A program made the position numbers and the translations under genes. 64,000 nucleotides of DNA, from positions 2,187 through 66,186 of the IMG/VR virus record IMGVR_UViG_3300028800_000090. The stretch is one strand, 5' to 3'. Below the pieces are notes generated by a model. The model saw nothing but the letters and a program-made list of their open reading frames with translations. It had not been told where the DNA came from and did not search any database. The DNA comes from a virus (lineage: Duplodnaviria; Caudoviricetes). Positions 53,946-62,579 of the stretch are shown here, in pieces; within the stretch, counting starts at the first letter, position 1; every line of letters begins with the position of its first letter.

Positions 53946-54374
53946 CTACCAGTCGTCTAGTGCTGCTACGGTGGGCATCGGCAAGTCTAACAACGACAAC
54001 TGCCCGAGTGCCCGAATAAATATCTCTGTGCGGGGGTTCTCGCGGTCCCTCGCCTTGAATGCATGCAAGACCATCACTTTGTGGTCCGAGTCGATCGCCT
54101 CAGCCTTCACCAGCGCATCAAGTACACACTTCGCGTAGTTGTCGACATCCCCGCGTTCGTTCGGCCCCTGGTAGACCACGTAAGCTATCTCGTACGCATC
54201 GGCCGGCAGACGGCGCCCATCGTTGTACGCTGCTACCGTGCGCCACCAGGTCTTAGCCTCCTTCGCAGGGTAGGCGATCACCTGAGGCTTGCCGTGCATC
54301 GTGGCTACGCGGTAGCACATGTAGTGGTTCTGGCTCGGCGGGGTGAGGGGCACGATCAATTTCAATGCGCTCAT
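53946..54374 (-). CDS. rusA: RusA-like Holliday junction resolvase
   Basis: PPSQN, GDVDNYAKCVLDAL, IDSDHKV, PRTEI. Confidence 0.88.
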   Translation of the reverse strand: MSALKLIVPLTPPSQNHYMCYRVATMHGKPQVIAYPAKEAKTWWRTVAAYNDGRRLPADAYEIAYVVYQGPNERGDVDNYAKCVLDALVKAEAIDSDHKVMVLHAFKARDRENPRTEIFIRALGQLSLLDLPMPTVAALDDW

Positions 54375-54928
54375 GGCTGGCTTCCAGGCTTCTGGGCGTT
54401 GAGGATGGCCCCTTCAGTTATAGATAATGCCGCTCGTCCCATCGCGCCAGTTCCAGGGAACAAGTCCACTACCTCATCCCCGATCTGCACATTCAGCAGC
54501 TCGAGTATCCAGCGGCAGACCTTCTCAGGCTTAGCTCCGACCAACCCTTTCTTGAGTGTGATCGGCTCCACGATAAAGTCCTTCGGCGTCGTCTGCTTTC
54601 CGTTTTTCTCAGGTGGGGCGTGCTTATGGCCGTTGCTGGGATTCCTACCTCCACAGAAGATGATCGGTTCCCACGCATAGCAGGGCCGGACGCCCTTTTT
54701 GAAAGCGCAGAACGATTTGCACCACACAGCTATTCGCACTCCTGCTGGAAGCATTGGCATGATGATCGCCAAGGACGGAGCTGACGCCGATAGCGCCCAT
54801 CCATCGGGAAACTCACGGCAAAGTCGAGCAATCAACTCCGCATGGTCAACCTCAGCGCAGAGAGGATCGTGCGAATAGTGACGCTTTGCTTGCCCAATAT
54901 AGGGCGGATCTGCATAGGCAAACTTCAC
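54371..54928 (-). CDS. Amino (N6/N4) DNA methyltransferase
   Basis: GTG after GGAGGGG; ADPPY; KPEKV...VVDLFPGTG. Confidence 0.85.
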   Translation of the reverse strand: MKFAYADPPYIGQAKRHYSHDPLCAEVDHAELIARLCREFPDGWALSASAPSLAIIMPMLPAGVRIAVWCKSFCAFKKGVRPCYAWEPIIFCGGRNPSNGHKHAPPEKNGKQTTPKDFIVEPITLKKGLVGAKPEKVCRWILELLNVQIGDEVVDLFPGTGAMGRAALSITEGAILNAQKPGSQP

Positions 54929-54999
54929 TGTTTCCCCTCCAACTCCGCAATCCTTCCCCGTAGGGCCGCTGGGGCACATGAATATCTGACGTTCGTTCT

Positions 55000-55308
55000 T
55001 CACCGCAAACGCGACAAGAATCTGTGCTCGTATGGTTGCCGTCTATGAAGACGTGTTTGCGACCATCGAAAGCGGCCTGGATGTTTTCTTGTTCCTTGCT
55101 CTTCTTGTGCGGCAACAGGAAGGCGGCTGGCTGCTAACCCCCATGCCTTCGATTCCGAGTGTTGGCTCGGTTCGATGATATTTGCATATCCCGGCCTATC
55201 GGCATCATCCCCGTAGACTACGTTCCATTTGCCGCGAATTATCTGCACGCACCGCGCATCCGGCCACACTTCCAACACTCTCTCTTTCGCTGTCTTATCT
55301 GCTGTCAT
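55000..55308 (-). CDS. Hypothetical protein
   Basis: MTADKTAKERVLEVWPDA...ESKAW motif; SD GGAGG. Confidence 0.5.
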   Translation of the reverse strand: MTADKTAKERVLEVWPDARCVQIIRGKWNVVYGDDADRPGYANIIEPSQHSESKAWGLAASRLPVAAQEEQGTRKHPGRFRWSQTRLHRRQPYEHRFLSRLR

Positions 55309-55921
55309 CGGTTGAGTCCTCCCCGTTTGCAAATAGCCTTGGGCTTTCCTGTTCGTCGTAGATTCGTTTTCGCATCCACGAATACCGGCTGAGGCCAGTT
55401 CCATCAATCGAATCCGCACCTAGTTCCTCGAAATATTCAAACCGAGCCGGAGTATTTACGCGCCCTGCATGAACCCACTTGCCAAGGATCTTTGCGGCTC
55501 TAACTACGTCCGCAGCCGCCTTGCTCAACTTCCACGCCGTGCTGCCGCCAACGAACACAGCTGCGACACCATCCCACGGAATATGCATATCCTCAAGGCC
55601 GTCTTGAGCAACCAGTGCGATAGGCCATGCGGTCAACTTGTACCGCCATAGGTCGAAGCATTCTAGCGTCCTCCGGGCACTCGCTACCACGTCCGGCACG
55701 GCGACGAATCGGCAGAGGTGACGCCGGGGAAACTCCCGCTCCAACAGGGAAATGAACGCATCCGTACGGAATCCTGAGAACCCGCCATTGTCGATGCAGA
55801 AGTGCTCATCTGGGCGCTGTGGCGTAAATCGAGTGAGCGGAGTCAGCAACTGCTCGACCTTGCACCCAATCTCGCGCTCGGCCTCGTCTAAGTTGTGACT
55901 CGTATCCAGCATGGCAATCAC
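55295..55921 (-). CDS. TGT/DpdA-like TIM-barrel protein (putative base-modification transglycosylase)
   Basis: IDNGGF, VPDVV, VAQDG, FVGGST-WK, HAGRVN, ADSIDG motifs. Confidence 0.65.
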   Translation of the reverse strand: MIAMLDTSHNLDEAEREIGCKVEQLLTPLTRFTPQRPDEHFCIDNGGFSGFRTDAFISLLEREFPRRHLCRFVAVPDVVASARRTLECFDLWRYKLTAWPIALVAQDGLEDMHIPWDGVAAVFVGGSTAWKLSKAAADVVRAAKILGKWVHAGRVNTPARFEYFEELGADSIDGTGLSRYSWMRKRIYDEQESPRLFANGEDSTDDSR

Positions 55922-55947
55922 GCTTTCGATTCCTCTCTCGCCATCTC

Positions 55948-56184
55948 TCACTCCACTTCTGCCCGGATTTGGGCCAACAGCATGTCAAGCGGGAGGTACC
56001 CATGTGCGGTTGCCTTCCTGTGGCCCTCCCACCTTGCGGCTCGTAGACAGAATCTACCGTTTTCAAGGTGGAAGCATGGAGGGCCACCGTTAGCGATTAC
56101 CTGCCCCCAATCTGCGCCACTAGCGGCGGCAAGCCAAGCATCCATTTTCTTCTTCCTCACGGCTCTCTCGCGGGCATCAGTCAT
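55948..56184 (-). CDS. Hypothetical protein
   Basis: 78 aa, coupled. Confidence 0.55.
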   Translation of the reverse strand: MTDARERAVRKKKMDAWLAAASGADWGQVIANGGPPCFHLENGRFCLRAARWEGHRKATAHGYLPLDMLLAQIRAEVE

Positions 56185-56368
56185 TGCGCGGTAACCTCGC
56201 TTTCTTAGCCTCTTCCTTCGTGTGGAACACCCTGCAACCCGGATAGCAGTCCCACCAGAGCTGCCCGTCCAGTGTGTACCCCTCGCCGTTTGGATAGAAA
56301 GGGTGACGATCCGGATGATAATGCCGTTCGCGTACCTTGGCGGGAGTGACTTTGTGGAGGTCCTTCAC
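56177..56368 (-). CDS. Hypothetical protein
   Basis: 63 aa; 'VFHTKEEA' motif. Confidence 0.55.
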   Translation of the reverse strand: MKDLHKVTPAKVRERHYHPDRHPFYPNGEGYTLDGQLWWDCYPGCRVFHTKEEAKKARLPRND

Positions 56369-56514
56369 CCATACATTCTGGCCCCGCTTGAAACGGAATA
56401 TTCCACGCGGCAGCGTGCTCTGAGTGGCTTGCCGTTTTTCATGAGGACATACATAACAGGCTGAAGTTCAATTCCTGCGTGGGCATTAGTTACGGCTCTC
56501 TCGCGGGGGGTCAT
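56365..56514 (-). CDS. 49-aa hypothetical protein
   Basis: MTPRERAV...; start and stop overlap both neighbours. Confidence 0.45.
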   Translation of the reverse strand: MTPRERAVTNAHAGIELQPVMYVLMKNGKPLRARCRVEYSVSSGARMYG

Positions 56515-56729
56515 GGGTGGGACTCCGGTTTGCCTAATGACATCGTGACCACGTTTTCACCTCGCGGAACCGCTTGTGTAGGGGACTCAACAACGCGCCT
56601 AATTGCATCACAAAAATTCATAGCCTCAAGATCGTTCATTGCGCAGTTGAACCCGTTGAGTTTATTACCGAAGCAAATCAGGACAGGGCCAGCGATGCTC
56701 CTTTGGACGCTTACCGTGATTCGGCTCAT
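56511..56729 (-). CDS. Hypothetical protein
   Basis: 72 aa, SD GAGG, coupled. Confidence 0.55.
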   Translation of the reverse strand: MSRITVSVQRSIAGPVLICFGNKLNGFNCAMNDLEAMNFCDAIRRVVESPTQAVPRGENVVTMSLGKPESHP

Positions 56730-56887
56730 CCTCTACCTCCATTTCGTTCAAATCGGGAAAGCAATTCCCACCAGATCGCCGCTCCTGCTATCAGCATCGC
56801 TGCAAACCATTGATAGTCAGGCGTTTTGATTGCACAGTACAAAAACATCAATATAAGCGCGCGACAGATAAGCGTTCTCGGCATCTC
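56726..56887 (-). CDS. Small 2-TM membrane protein
   Basis: MPRTLICRALILMFLY...WFAAMLIAGAAIWW; SD GGAGG. Confidence 0.5.
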   Translation of the reverse strand, partial: EMPRTLICRALILMFLYCAIKTPDYQWFAAMLIAGAAIWWELLSRFERNGGRG

Positions 56888-57164
56888 ACTTACCTCCATT
56901 CGTTGCGGACAGGAAAGCGGCGATCTTTCCTCTAGACTTGCCCTTTGGCATGTATCCCTGTTTCTCAAGAAGGGCGTCCAATTCGCGCAGCAACTCAATC
57001 GCGGTGGTCAGGTCGCATTGGAGGTCGATGGCGAGTTTGGTCATCCCGCTAACGTACGCGCTGGTAAGCCACTCCGCCATGATCCCCGGCAGGAAGTCTC
57101 CGGACTTGATTCCGGCCTCCCTTACAATCTCCGCCGCTGCTTTGCGTTCCTCTGGTGTGCTCAC
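56886..57164 (-). CDS. Hypothetical protein
   Basis: GTG after AAGGAG; MSTPEERKAAAEIV. Confidence 0.55.
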   Translation of the reverse strand: MSTPEERKAAAEIVREAGIKSGDFLPGIMAEWLTSAYVSGMTKLAIDLQCDLTTAIELLRELDALLEKQGYMPKGKSRGKIAAFLSATNGGK

Positions 57165-57520
57165 GGCTTCTCCTTGGTTGCGGGCTTGGGGATGGGCTTG
57201 TACCAGCAGTCCATGTAGAACGACCCTCCATAGCGCACCTGAGAACAGTGCACTGGACGCGGCCCCGCATACTGGAACGTCAGTAAGTGGCAAGCCTTGA
57301 GGATGGCGTCATAGGGCGCACCATCATGGCACTGGCTGGTAGTAGTCGTAAATCGGTAGTATTGCCACACGACTCCATTGAGGTCTGACGTGATCCATCC
57401 CTGAGTCGGCGTCACATCAACAGGCGCAGGACTCGCCGCCTTCTCTGGTTGCTTGGCTGTCTGCCCCAGCATCACTCCACTCAGCACCAGTGCGGCCCAC
57501 GGTAAGGATAGGGGTTTCAT
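57161..57520 (-). CDS. Small secreted Cys-containing protein
   Basis: MKPLSLPWAALVLSGVMLG|Q signal; four Cys. Confidence 0.6.
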   Translation of the reverse strand: MKPLSLPWAALVLSGVMLGQTAKQPEKAASPAPVDVTPTQGWITSDLNGVVWQYYRFTTTTSQCHDGAPYDAILKACHLLTFQYAGPRPVHCSQVRYGGSFYMDCWYKPIPKPATKEKP

Positions 57521-57756
57521 TCGACGATCCTCCCCATATGCTCACAGACGCAGGGAATGCCGCCCTGGTTGGTGCAGAGGCCAATTTCCCGATAGTTCAA
57601 GACGCGCATCCCTCGAACACAACCGCACTCGTCCTGCGGAAACGCGAGATCGCGCATAACTCCGTCTGTCCATATCGCGGTTCCTTCAAACGCTTTGTAC
57701 GGGCAATGCGTAACTTCAAACTGCATCGCCTTTTCTGGTGGAATAAACGGGCTCAT
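57517..57756 (-). CDS. Small Cys-rich protein
   Basis: ATG after GGAGGGAG; CGC...C...PCVC. Confidence 0.55.
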   Translation of the reverse strand: MSPFIPPEKAMQFEVTHCPYKAFEGTAIWTDGVMRDLAFPQDECGCVRGMRVLNYREIGLCTNQGGIPCVCEHMGRIVE

Positions 57757-57758
57757 CT

Positions 57759-58097
57759 CTACTCCCTCCCCTTCACTGCCAAAATGTCGGGCTTGCGACC
57801 CTTCCGGTGCATCTCTACGATGTGACATTGGAAACATCCGCCCGCCAGGTTAGCCCTACCCCACCCATGAACGCGCTTGGCCCTGAGGTGAACCAAGTGC
57901 CAGCGAATACGCACGTTGCCCTCGGACGGGTAGACTCGATTGTTGGGTGGGTGCGCCAGGTTCAACTCGCATCGGCCTCCTGTCTCGGCGTAGACCTGCG
58001 CACGGATCGCGGACTTCTCTGCCTTTGTGGGCTGGCCGCGGCGTGTGCCTGGGCGTATCTTGCGCACTGCAGTTCGGCGGATCACATCGGCCCCCAC
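57759..58097 (-). CDS. HNH-like Zn-binding protein
   Basis: IRAQVYAETGGRCE...H...G...NL-GGCFQCH. Confidence 0.65.
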   Translation of the reverse strand: MGADVIRRTAVRKIRPGTRRGQPTKAEKSAIRAQVYAETGGRCELNLAHPPNNRVYPSEGNVRIRWHLVHLRAKRVHGWGRANLAGGCFQCHIVEMHRKGRKPDILAVKGRE

Positions 58098-58242
58098 GGA
58101 ACCTCTGGATGCTTCGCCCGGAACTTGACGCGCACTGCACGGACCTCGGCGGTCAGTTTGTCTGCCATGCGCTGCGCACGCTCAAACGAGAACGGCGCCA
58201 CCAGAACGACGGCGATAAAGCGCAGGGATAGGAGAAAGAGGT

Positions 58243-59025
58243 TCATTTGCGCGCCCAGGCTGGCAAGTCTCGATCGGTGATTATCAGGTCGGGGTCTACA
58301 TCCTCCACCGACTTGCGAAGTTGCTCCTTGAACTTCGGGGTCTGCATTTGCTCCCGAACCTGCTCAGGATTGCCGCAGCGGGCGAGTAGTTTCTGCACCA
58401 CGGTCTCCGTCTCTTCGAGAAACCGCTCAACTCCATGTTCGATTTCCCCGATGCGCTTCTCGTCTCGGTAGATGCGGGGCGGGGTGAACAGTTGCAACTC
58501 CGGGTAGTTCTCGATGCGAGGGTCGTAACTGACAAAATCATTCCACTCGCGCTCCCAGCACACAATCTGCGTGAGGCACTGATCCTTGTGCTCCTCGGGA
58601 ACGACGCCCTCCATCATCCACTCGACATGGGTGACGGTGTTCGGGCACTTCGCTTCGAATGTCCCATCGGTGCCTATCAACCCGTCAGGCGATGCCGCCA
58701 GGAGGTCAATCCTGGGATGGGTAGCGATGCCCACCTTCGAGTCCCGGCCGGCACAAGTCTCGACTTCGTTGCCGGAATGGATCTCGTAAGCCGCGCGAGC
58801 GTACTTCTCGTTGTCGGTGCCCCAGATCATTGCATCCGAAACGAAGTGATCGACGGAAAACCCAGTCAGGCGCTCGCAGACAATCTCGATCATGTACCGC
58901 TTGCGCTTCATAGTCGGCGTGCCCTTCTGGGTCAAGTCCATCACATCCTTGACGCGGGATGCAGTTACGCGGCCTACACGAAACGCCAACCACTCTGGAG
59001 TCTGCTGCTGAATCTGGTGGATCAT
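58243..59025 (-). CDS. YqaJ / lambda-exonuclease family recombination nuclease
   Basis: QQTPEWLAFRVGRVTAS, WGTDNE, ASPDGL, EAKCP, FVSYDPR. Confidence 0.93.
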   Translation of the reverse strand: MIHQIQQQTPEWLAFRVGRVTASRVKDVMDLTQKGTPTMKRKRYMIEIVCERLTGFSVDHFVSDAMIWGTDNEKYARAAYEIHSGNEVETCAGRDSKVGIATHPRIDLLAASPDGLIGTDGTFEAKCPNTVTHVEWMMEGVVPEEHKDQCLTQIVCWEREWNDFVSYDPRIENYPELQLFTPPRIYRDEKRIGEIEHGVERFLEETETVVQKLLARCGNPEQVREQMQTPKFKEQLRKSVEDVDPDLIITDRDLPAWARK

Positions 59026-59034
59026 GGCCTGCTC

Positions 59035-60141
59035 CTAGTAGTTGATCTTGGTGTGCGCAATGAGGTTATTGGCGAGGTCGGCGGTGATGTTGCCAGCCAT
59101 CTCAATACTGAGTCCGCGCTCGATGAGACTGTTCTTGACCTCCCGGTGAATCTTGGCGCAGTGCCGCTTGCTGGCCTCACGCTTCTCGGTGGCGGCTTCC
59201 TCGGCCTTGAGTGCATCCTCGTGGATCTTCTTCTGCGCAGCAGTGGCACGCTCCCGCTCGGCAATGACGGCCGCATCATAGGCTTGCTTCGCTTTGACCG
59301 CCTTCTCCTCGGCTTCCTTCTCGCGGACTGCAGCCATCCGCTCAGATTCGACCCGCTGGGCCTCTGCCTGCTTCGCTTTGGCCTCCGCCTCAGCCTTCTC
59401 CAACTCGACGCGCTCAACGGCATTCCGTGCGACCTGCGCAGCCGCTTCCTCGCGTTGCTTGGCCTCCGCCTCGGCTTTCTCCTTCGCCTCGCGTGCAATG
59501 TGCTCCTCGCGCTCCTGCTGGTCACGCTTGGCCTGTTCTGCACGCAGCCGGGTCAACTCCTCCTGCTCGGCGTCGTACTTCTCCCGCTTGGCGATGGCGT
59601 CTTTGATCTGCCGGATCGTCACTGTCACGGTGGCGACTGCACGCGAATGGAACTCCTGCCAGTCGTAGGTGCTTGCCATGATGGCCGCAAGGCGGCTGTG
59701 CGCCATGCCTACGTCCCACACTGGATTGTTCCAGTTCAACTCGCAGACCGCGCCGGCGTCGACCAGTTCTTTGAGCGCAGCCTCATGGTTGGCGACGCGC
59801 TCCTTCTCTGCGTTCTCCCAGTCGGTTAGAGGCTTGCGTACTTCCTCCTGCAACTTCTCAAGCTCATCCCAGATGCGCCCGCCCTCGGAGTCGATGACCT
59901 TCAGGCGCTCTTTCTCGCCCGCAACCAACTTCTTGCGCTGCGAGTCGATGAACGTCTTCGACTTCGCCACCTTGTAGGCAAGCGATGCCAGAGCCTTGCG
60001 GTTAGCGTCGGTTGAGATGTCGAGGCAGGCAGCTTCTCGGCGTACCTCGGCACAGATGCGCTCGAGGATGGGGTCCAGCGTGCCGGGCTTGAACAGTTCC
60101 GCCGGGGTGATGGTTTCGATGCGTGCCAGTTCCGTCGTCAT
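59035..60141 (-). CDS. Conserved phage coiled-coil protein of recombination modules
   Basis: DISTDANRKALASLAYKVAKSKTFID...VRKPLTDWE; E/A/K-rich. Confidence 0.8.
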   Translation of the reverse strand: MTTELARIETITPAELFKPGTLDPILERICAEVRREAACLDISTDANRKALASLAYKVAKSKTFIDSQRKKLVAGEKERLKVIDSEGGRIWDELEKLQEEVRKPLTDWENAEKERVANHEAALKELVDAGAVCELNWNNPVWDVGMAHSRLAAIMASTYDWQEFHSRAVATVTVTIRQIKDAIAKREKYDAEQEELTRLRAEQAKRDQQEREEHIAREAKEKAEAEAKQREEAAAQVARNAVERVELEKAEAEAKAKQAEAQRVESERMAAVREKEAEEKAVKAKQAYDAAVIAERERATAAQKKIHEDALKAEEAATEKREASKRHCAKIHREVKNSLIERGLSIEMAGNITADLANNLIAHTKINY

Positions 60142-60953
60142 GCCGCTTCCTCCTGCAACTCAGCCTTGCGCTTCTCGTAGGCGGCAAGGATCGTATTCAT
60201 TGCGTGCTTGTCGTTGAGCTTCTGGGCGGCCTTGTAGTTGCCTGCGTAGATGGTCTTCAACTCTTCCCGAGTCGCTGCGGCACCAATGTTATCGCAGGCG
60301 GCAACCAGTTCCTCATCGGCCATCGTGGGTTTCGGTTTGGGGCCGGCCGCGTTGCCATCGTCGTCGAGGTTGCCTTCCTCAGTCGCTGCGAGTCCGCACG
60401 CGCTCTCAAACGTGCATGCCTTGAGGTAGGTGATCGTCGATTTGATCTGCTGAATGGGGTTCTTCGCGCCCGACCCATCCGGCGCCGCCGTCATGGACAC
60501 ACTCTTCGAGTGCCCCTGGGAGTGGGTGATGGTGCAGGTGACAGTGACCACGCCGGTAGCCGATTGCGCGATGTCCCAGCCCGCACTCAGTCCGTTCTGG
60601 CTAAGGAAGGGGGTTACAGTCTTCACCAGATTGCCCAGCGAAGTGTACCGAGCCACCTTCTGCGCAGTTGTGTACTGGCTGTTGACCATATCCTTGGTCA
60701 CAACCACGTTGCACGCCTTGAACGCGCTCATCGCCGCAACAAAGGCTTTCTCAGCATCCTTAGCCTCGATGCGGTCCTTGAGGTCGAGGAGTTGGTTGAT
60801 CTGCTCGATGCTGGCCCCGCGCTCAACGGCCGCCTGGATCATGGACATTGGGGTTGCAGGGACAAGTTCAGTGGGCTGGACGGTTGCCAGTGCTGCGCCA
60901 CCCTCCCCTGACTCAATGAGTTTCTGATTGCCGCTGGTGCGTTGCATTGCCAT
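60138..60953 (-). CDS. erf: ERF-family single-strand annealing protein
   Basis: YTSL, H-QGH, KNPIQQIKSTITY, GLA...DDDGN. Confidence 0.88.
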   Translation of the reverse strand: MAMQRTSGNQKLIESGEGGAALATVQPTELVPATPMSMIQAAVERGASIEQINQLLDLKDRIEAKDAEKAFVAAMSAFKACNVVVTKDMVNSQYTTAQKVARYTSLGNLVKTVTPFLSQNGLSAGWDIAQSATGVVTVTCTITHSQGHSKSVSMTAAPDGSGAKNPIQQIKSTITYLKACTFESACGLAATEEGNLDDDGNAAGPKPKPTMADEELVAACDNIGAAATREELKTIYAGNYKAAQKLNDKHAMNTILAAYEKRKAELQEEAA

Positions 60954-61092
60954 GGGTGAGGCTCCTTGTATTGCCGAGGGTGCTACTTGACGAAACAAAT
61001 ACTGCTGGGGGCCACCATACGTGGGGCCGGATAGGTGATAAATCCCAGCAGTTCGAGTGGCAGAGTGAAGTGCGGCGATATGCGGAGCTTGC

Positions 61093-61242
61093 TCACTTCG
61101 CTCCATTCGGCGGGAAGAGACGGAAGCGCACTTCCGCTGACAGGTTCCGGCCGTTTGCTGCGCCGGTTCGTTTCAACTCCTCGCGCTCCTCCTTCGAGAA
61201 GCGCACCGAAACTTGATTCAAGACTGGTTTCTTTATTGCCAT
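61093..61242 (-). CDS. 49-aa Arc-like ribbon-helix-helix regulator
   Basis: MAIKKPVLNQVSVRFSKEEREELKRTGAANGRNLSAEVRFRL; purine-rich SD; below the ORF-track cutoff. Confidence 0.75.
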   Translation of the reverse strand: MAIKKPVLNQVSVRFSKEEREELKRTGAANGRNLSAEVRFRLFPPNGAK

Positions 61243-61260
61243 GGATATTCCCTTCCTTTA

Positions 61261-61434
61261 CTAACGGTTTTTGAGTACAGACTGCATGCGCTTCTCTTCG
61301 TTCCTGCGGTCCAGGTAGAAGCGGATTGCATCCCGGCTTACGCACACGATCACCACAAGGGCGATCCCCATGCAGCCGAGCGTAATCACCCAGCGTGCAA
61401 ACTCAGCGAGAAACTGCGGATCCATCTCAGGCAT
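61261..61434 (-). CDS. Small single-TM protein
   Basis: WVITLGCMGIALVVIVCV; SD GGAGG. Confidence 0.55.
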   Translation of the reverse strand: MPEMDPQFLAEFARWVITLGCMGIALVVIVCVSRDAIRFYLDRRNEEKRMQSVLKNR

Positions 61435-61678
61435 TTGAAGCCTCCACTTCATCGCAAATCTGCTTTATGTTGTAGGCGAACCACGCATCGACCAGCAGCT
61501 CACGGAACGCCCAGTACTCCAAACTGGACTGGTGCCCGGCCAGTTCGATCGACATCTCCACCACATCCTCATAGGTCTCGCACTTGGTGGCAGCTTCAGC
61601 CGCAAGTGCCTTATTGTGGGCCTGCGCTTCTGCGGGTGGGAGCTTGATGAGGGTCTGTGTGACTGTGTAGTTTTTCAC
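61427..61678 (-). CDS. Hypothetical protein
   Basis: GTG after GGAGG; 83 aa. Confidence 0.6.
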   Translation of the reverse strand: MKNYTVTQTLIKLPPAEAQAHNKALAAEAATKCETYEDVVEMSIELAGHQSSLEYWAFRELLVDAWFAYNIKQICDEVEASNA

Positions 61679-61845
61679 TGTGTTACCTCCCGGTTCGGCA
61701 AACCTTTCACAATCTGCTCCAGCCGTGCCCGCGCCTCATCCAGCACGCGGCCGGCATCCAGCGCATACTCATCTGCCCCACGCTTGCCCAACTCCGCAAG
61801 CCGGACAGCCTCATACGCTTGGCGTACCTGCTCGTCGTGGCTCAT
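61675..61845 (-). CDS. 56-aa hypothetical protein
   Basis: MSHDEQVRQAYEAV...; coupled to both neighbours. Confidence 0.5.
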   Translation of the reverse strand: MSHDEQVRQAYEAVRLAELGKRGADEYALDAGRVLDEARARLEQIVKGLPNREVTQ

Positions 61846-62045
61846 GCGCTCCGCTTCCAGTCGCCTGTTGCCAGGTCCATTGAATCGTTCGCGGAAGCCA
61901 TCTTGCGGTCAGGCTCAACCAGGGGATATGCCATTGGCCGGCACTCCGGGCAAGACTTCGCAACCTGCTGGTAGCCGGCGAGGGAACGCCTGTCGGGGGT
62001 TCGCACAAGTACGATCCGGGTGTTGCCGCAACGCTTGCAATCCAT
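61842..62045 (-). CDS. First early gene, Zn-ribbon protein
   Basis: SD GGAGG; CKRC...CPEC; 'DRKMASAND'. Confidence 0.6.
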   Translation of the reverse strand: MDCKRCGNTRIVLVRTPDRRSLAGYQQVAKSCPECRPMAYPLVEPDRKMASANDSMDLATGDWKRSA

Positions 62046-62072
62046 AGATGGGCCTCCAGTCGTGCAAAACAT

Positions 62073-62101
62073 ACAATACACCCTCGCGCACTCTCCTGCA
62101 A
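62073..62101 (-). promoter_or_regulatory. Leftward sigma70-like promoter of the early operon
   Basis: TTGCAG-17-TATTGT on the minus strand. Confidence 0.6.
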
Positions 62102-62114
62102 TACATAAAATACT

Positions 62115-62144
62115 TTGACATTTCCACAGGATGCAGCGTAGTTT
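62115..62144 (+). promoter_or_regulatory. Rightward sigma70-like promoter
   Basis: TTGACA-18-TAGTTT; ATG 7 nt downstream. Confidence 0.65.
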
Positions 62145-62151
62145 CAATTTC

Positions 62152-62382
62152 ATGGCACGAACTGGACGACCGCTTGGCCCCGAACGTCTCTACGCTGCAG
62201 AATTGGGCATCACACCCCGGCGCCTTCGTAGATTGGGAGGGTATAAACACCTGAAAAGCCTTACTGGTGATGCACTTGCCTGCCTGCTCAAGCCTGCCAA
62301 CTACGGTAACTCGAAGACCATAGCAGAGGGTGGTTTAGCTGCACGAGGGATGGGGCAACGCCGTGTCAAGAAAAAGTTTTAG
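62152..62382 (+). CDS. Small basic DNA-binding-like protein (Cro-like position), probably leaderless
   Basis: MARTGRP...YAAELGITPRRLRRL HTH-like. Confidence 0.6.
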   Translation: MARTGRPLGPERLYAAELGITPRRLRRLGGYKHLKSLTGDALACLLKPANYGNSKTIAEGGLAARGMGQRRVKKKF

Positions 62383-62437
62383 TAACATTCTTGATTCTGG
62401 ATGTATGTGCATTTTTGCACATTTCCACAGAAAAAGT

Positions 62438-62467
62438 TTGACGCAGCGGGGGTTCTGCGCCTATGGT
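62438..62467 (+). promoter_or_regulatory. Second rightward promoter (replication genes)
   Basis: TTGACG-18-TATGGT. Confidence 0.5.
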
Positions 62468-62579
62468 TGGAATCCTGTGCCGCCAAGGTATAGCCTCTTC
62501 GTCCTGCAGACGGAGTTGAAGCGCGAGACGAGCGGGTGACGGTCACACTCCACCTGATCCCGCCTCCGCGCAGTTTGGA

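Noticed and set aside
58082-58246. Programmed frameshift in a small gene after the exonuclease
   Set aside because: The protein-like frame lacks a start, but no slippery site is evident; may be decay or a sequence error
60983-61345. 120-aa minus-strand ORF from the track
   Set aside because: Overlaps the better-supported 49-aa Arc-like gene and the upstream TM gene; at most its last 37 codons are real
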